From an uncultured delta proteobacterium (GTDB taxonomy: Bacteria; Desulfobacterota; Zymogenia; Zymogenales; Zymogenaceae), in NCBI GenBank assembly GCA_963792965.1, contig CAWBYW010000009.1, positions 64,001-128,000 on the forward strand: a DNA stretch of 64,000 bases. The letters run 5' to 3'. Made by a program: the position numbers and the translations under genes. Shown piece after piece: positions 60,773 to 64,000 of the stretch; positions within the stretch are counted from its first letter, which is position 1, and the number at the start of each line of letters is the position of its first letter. The notes below the pieces were generated by a model. That model did no database searches. It was not told the origin of the DNA and saw nothing but the letters and a program-made list of their open reading frames with translations.

Positions 60773-62473
60773 ATGCTCGTTGATCTGTCCATACGCAACT
60801 TCGCCATCATCGATGAGCTCTCCGTGACTTTTTCGCGCGGCCTCAATATCCTCTCCGGGGAGACGGGGGCGGGAAAGTCGATCATCATCAACGCCGTCAA
60901 CCTGATCCTCGGCGATCGCGCCGCAAACGACCTCATCCGCACCGGCTCCGAGGAAGCCGTTGTCGAGGCGACTTTCACGCTCCCCGAAGATAACCCGATC
61001 CACCAGTTCCTCGCCGAAAAGGGGATCGACAACACGCGTGAGGGCCTTATCGTCAGGCGGGTCATCTCCCGAACGGGGAAGAACCGGACCTTCATCAACG
61101 GCGCCCAGGTCACCCTCTCGACACTCTCGGACGTCGGCGAGGAGCTCATCAACATCTCCGGGCAGCACGAGCACCAGACGCTCCTCATCCCCGACCGCCA
61201 CATAGATATCATCGACGCCTACAAGCGGCTATTTCCCCAGCGGGCCGAGGTGGCCGCGTCGGTCAAGCGGCTGAAAGCCCTCCTCGAGGAGTTCAAGTCC
61301 CACTCGCTCAACGAGGAAGAGAAGGCGCGGCGCATCGATTTTCTCAAGTTCCAGATCAAGGAGATCCAGGACGCAAAGCTCGTGCCCGGCGAGGAGCACG
61401 AGCTTAAGGCCGAGCGCGACCTGCTCGTCAACGCCGAGCGGCTCTTCAGAAACGCCGAGGAGGCCCACGAGCTCCTTTACTCGATGGAGGGCTCGGCGGC
61501 CGAAAAGATCGCGGCGTCTCTTGCCAGGATCAGGGAGATATCCGAGATCGACAAGACGCTGGCCCCTCTGCTTGAATCGCTCAACGGGGCGCTCTACGCC
61601 GTCCAGGACGCGGGCAAGGAGCTGGCCGCCTACGCCTCCCGGGTCTCCTTTGACCCCGACCGCCTCGAGGTGCTCGAGGCCCGGCTGAAGCTGATCGGGA
61701 CGCTCAAAAAGAAATACGGCAACTCGGACCAGGAGGTCCTTGACTTTCTGGCTCGGGCCGAAAGCGAGCTCTCGGGCATCGAGCGGGGGGAGGAGCGGAT
61801 CGAGGAGCTCGGGCGAGAGATTGAGGCGGAAAAGAAACGCGCGCTTTCCCTTGCCCTCACGCTCTCGGGGCAGAGGGAACAGGCCGCGCGGGAGTTCGGG
61901 GCGGCGGTCGAATCGGAGGTCTCGTCCCTTAACATGAAGGGGACGAGGTTTGTGATCTCCATCAGGCGGGATAAGGCCGCCCCCACGGAGGACCTCTGTG
62001 CGGACGGCTATCTGTTGACAGTGCGGGGCATCGATAAGGTCGAGTTCCTGATCGCCCCCAACGTCGGCGAAGAGCCCCGGGCGATGGCCAGGATCGCCTC
62101 CGGCGGCGAGCTGTCGCGAATCCTGTTGGCGATGAAGAAGACGCTTGCGGCAACCCAGGTCATCCCGACGCTGGTTTTCGACGAGGTCGACGCCGGGATC
62201 GGCGGGGCGACAGCCGAGGTCGTGGGCAAGAAGCTCAAAGAGGTGAGCCGCTTCCAGCAGGTCATCTGCATCACGCATCTGGCGCAGATCGCGGGCTTTG
62301 CCGACACGCACTACACCGTGGCGAAGCAGTCACGCGGCGACAGGACCGTTACCTCGATGGAGCGGCTGTCGGCCGACGAGCGGGTTATGGAGATCGCCCG
62401 GATGCTGTCCGGCGAGAAGATCACCCAGATCACGATTAACCACGCCAAGGAGATCATCGAATCGTCACGGTGA
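60773..62473 (+). CDS. recN: DNA repair protein RecN
   Basis: GETGAGKS, ASGGELSR, FDEVDAGIGG and ITHLAQIA. Confidence 0.97.
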   Translation: MLVDLSIRNFAIIDELSVTFSRGLNILSGETGAGKSIIINAVNLILGDRAANDLIRTGSEEAVVEATFTLPEDNPIHQFLAEKGIDNTREGLIVRRVISRTGKNRTFINGAQVTLSTLSDVGEELINISGQHEHQTLLIPDRHIDIIDAYKRLFPQRAEVAASVKRLKALLEEFKSHSLNEEEKARRIDFLKFQIKEIQDAKLVPGEEHELKAERDLLVNAERLFRNAEEAHELLYSMEGSAAEKIAASLARIREISEIDKTLAPLLESLNGALYAVQDAGKELAAYASRVSFDPDRLEVLEARLKLIGTLKKKYGNSDQEVLDFLARAESELSGIERGEERIEELGREIEAEKKRALSLALTLSGQREQAAREFGAAVESEVSSLNMKGTRFVISIRRDKAAPTEDLCADGYLLTVRGIDKVEFLIAPNVGEEPRAMARIASGGELSRILLAMKKTLAATQVIPTLVFDEVDAGIGGATAEVVGKKLKEVSRFQQVICITHLAQIAGFADTHYTVAKQSRGDRTVTSMERLSADERVMEIARMLSGEKITQITINHAKEIIESSR

Positions 62474-62548
62474 TGTGACGTCACTGCAAGCGATACAAAG
62501 CAATCCCTTTACTACTTCGAGAGCTTCAGGAAAGAGAACAGGAAGGTT

Positions 62549-63006
62549 ATGATTCGCAAAGCAAAAGTCCAGGACATCCCGGCCATCAGGAAGCTGATCG
62601 AGCCCTACGGCAAAAGCGGGGCGATGCTGCCGGTATCGCTCTCGGAGATCTACGACCGGATTAGGTCGTTTGTCCTGTTCGAGGACGAGGGGGGCGCCAT
62701 CGTCGGGGTGGCGGCGCTGCACATCTCGTGGGACGACCTTGCCGAGATCAGGTCCCTTGCCGTGACAAAGGAATACAAGAAAAAGGGGATCGGCCGCCGG
62801 CTTGTCAGACAGGTGCCTTGTGGAGGCGAAAGAGCTGGGCGTCGGGCGCGTCTTTGTCCTGACCTACCTCCCGGAATTTTTTAAGAAGCTCGGTTTTGCA
62901 GGAATTCGACAAGGCCAAGCTCCCCCATAAGATCTGGACCAACTGCCTTAAGTGCGTCCACTTCCCCGATTGCGACGAGGTGGCGCTGATCAGGGAAATC
63001 ACGTAG
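62549..63006 (+). CDS. Short ArgA-type amino-acid N-acetyltransferase (frameshifts at ~62810 and ~62898)
   Basis: LAEIRSLAV; after the shifts RVFVLTY.PEFF and LPHKIWTNCLKCVHFPDCDEVAL, stop at 63006. Confidence 0.82.
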
Positions 63007-63088
63007 GCGCCGATCGCCGAACGGCGTCGGGCGCCTCTTAGCCAAGATGTGCGGGAAAACGTTTCCCGCTTACTCGATGGAGGATACC

Positions 63089-64000
63089 ATGAAACGTTTC
63101 GACGCGGATATCGTCATCGTCGGCGGCGGCACCGCCGGCTCTTACACCGCCTGGCGGCTGGCCGAGCGGGGCCATAAGGTCCTCGTCGTCGAGAAGAAGA
63201 AGCGCGGGACGCTCGGCTCCCATATCGGCATCTTCCACATGGACGAGATCAGGTTTGCCGAGTTCGGCGTCCCGATACCCTCGGGCAAGGAGCTGATCGG
63301 ACACTATGAGGACGGGCTGGCCTGGCCGCCGGACGGCAACAAGACAAAGAAGGTCAATTACGCCTTTTACGTCATGGAGCTTCCCCTCTTCATAGTAAGG
63401 ATGCAAAAATACGCGGAAGAGGCGGGGGCCGACTACCTCTTCGAGACCCAGTATGCCGGCCCGATCCTTTCGGGAGGGAAAGGTCTCAGGGATCCGGGTC
63501 AAAAAGGGCTCGGAGAGCGTCGATATCCCGGCAAAGATCGTCATCGACGCCTCGGGAGTCGACGCCGCCGTCCGCACGTCGCTCCCGAAAAGCATGGGGC
63601 TCGAAACCGACCCCATCAAGCCCGCCGACTTCCTCTACGTCATTTTGCAGTATTGGGACGACGTCGAGGGGAAGAAGACGGGGAAATTCCCCACGGGCCT
63701 GAATTTCTACCCATTCCACAAAGCCTTCATCAACCCGAGCTACGGCAACGGCTCCATCGTCGGCATCGGCCAGCCCGGCAGCCTCGAGACGGCCGAAAAG
63801 ATACAGGCCGAGTTTCTCGCCGAGCGCTTCCCACACGTTAAGCACAAGCTCGTGCGCAAGACATGGGGGAAGACGCCCTTCCGGCGTCCGCCGCTCTCCT
63901 CGTGGCGGACGGGTTCATGACGGTGGGGGACGCCGCCTTCATGACCAAGCCCTTCTCGGGCGAGGGAGTCACCTCGGGTTTCACCGCCTGCCGGATTGCC
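63089..64000 (+). CDS. FAD-dependent oxidoreductase, geranylgeranyl reductase/FixC-like (frameshifts at ~63480 and ~63900; runs off window end)
   Basis: VGGGTAG Rossmann motif, IDASG and VGDAA....PFSGEG. Confidence 0.8.

Noticed and set aside
1-64000. tRNA, rRNA, CRISPR arrays, IS elements or integrases
   Set aside because: None recognised by eye in the intergenic regions or the ORF set; a covariance-model scan was not possible.

Overview
A 64-kb, GC-rich bacterial chromosomal segment. The gene set suggests an anaerobic Gram-negative 'deltaproteobacterial'-type organism (inference from MglA/RomY-like proteins, sigma54 promoters, AOR and Kdo genes). Most of the window is housekeeping: polA, kdsB-pyrG-kdsA, yebC-ruvCAB, ftsEX-envC-ctpA-yibQ-exbBD and nadK-recN. 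It also holds envelope lipoproteins and a TetR-led cluster encoding Fe-ADH, SCP2, AOR, MoaD and a CoA ligase. At least 11 genes, including polA, contain single-base frameshifts, which most likely reflect sequencing or assembly indels. The most unusual part is ~37.0-44.6 kb. It carries four stand-alone XylR-N/V4R ligand-sensing-domain genes with no output domain (two are 93% identical duplicates, plus a decayed fragment) and three sigma54 (-24/-12) promoters, two with matching IHF-like sites and a shared far-upstream block. It also carries two unannotated paralogous 28-aa membrane-peptide ORFs that show a clear synonymous-substitution signature and flank one V4R gene. I recognised no rRNA, tRNA, CRISPR array or mobile element.
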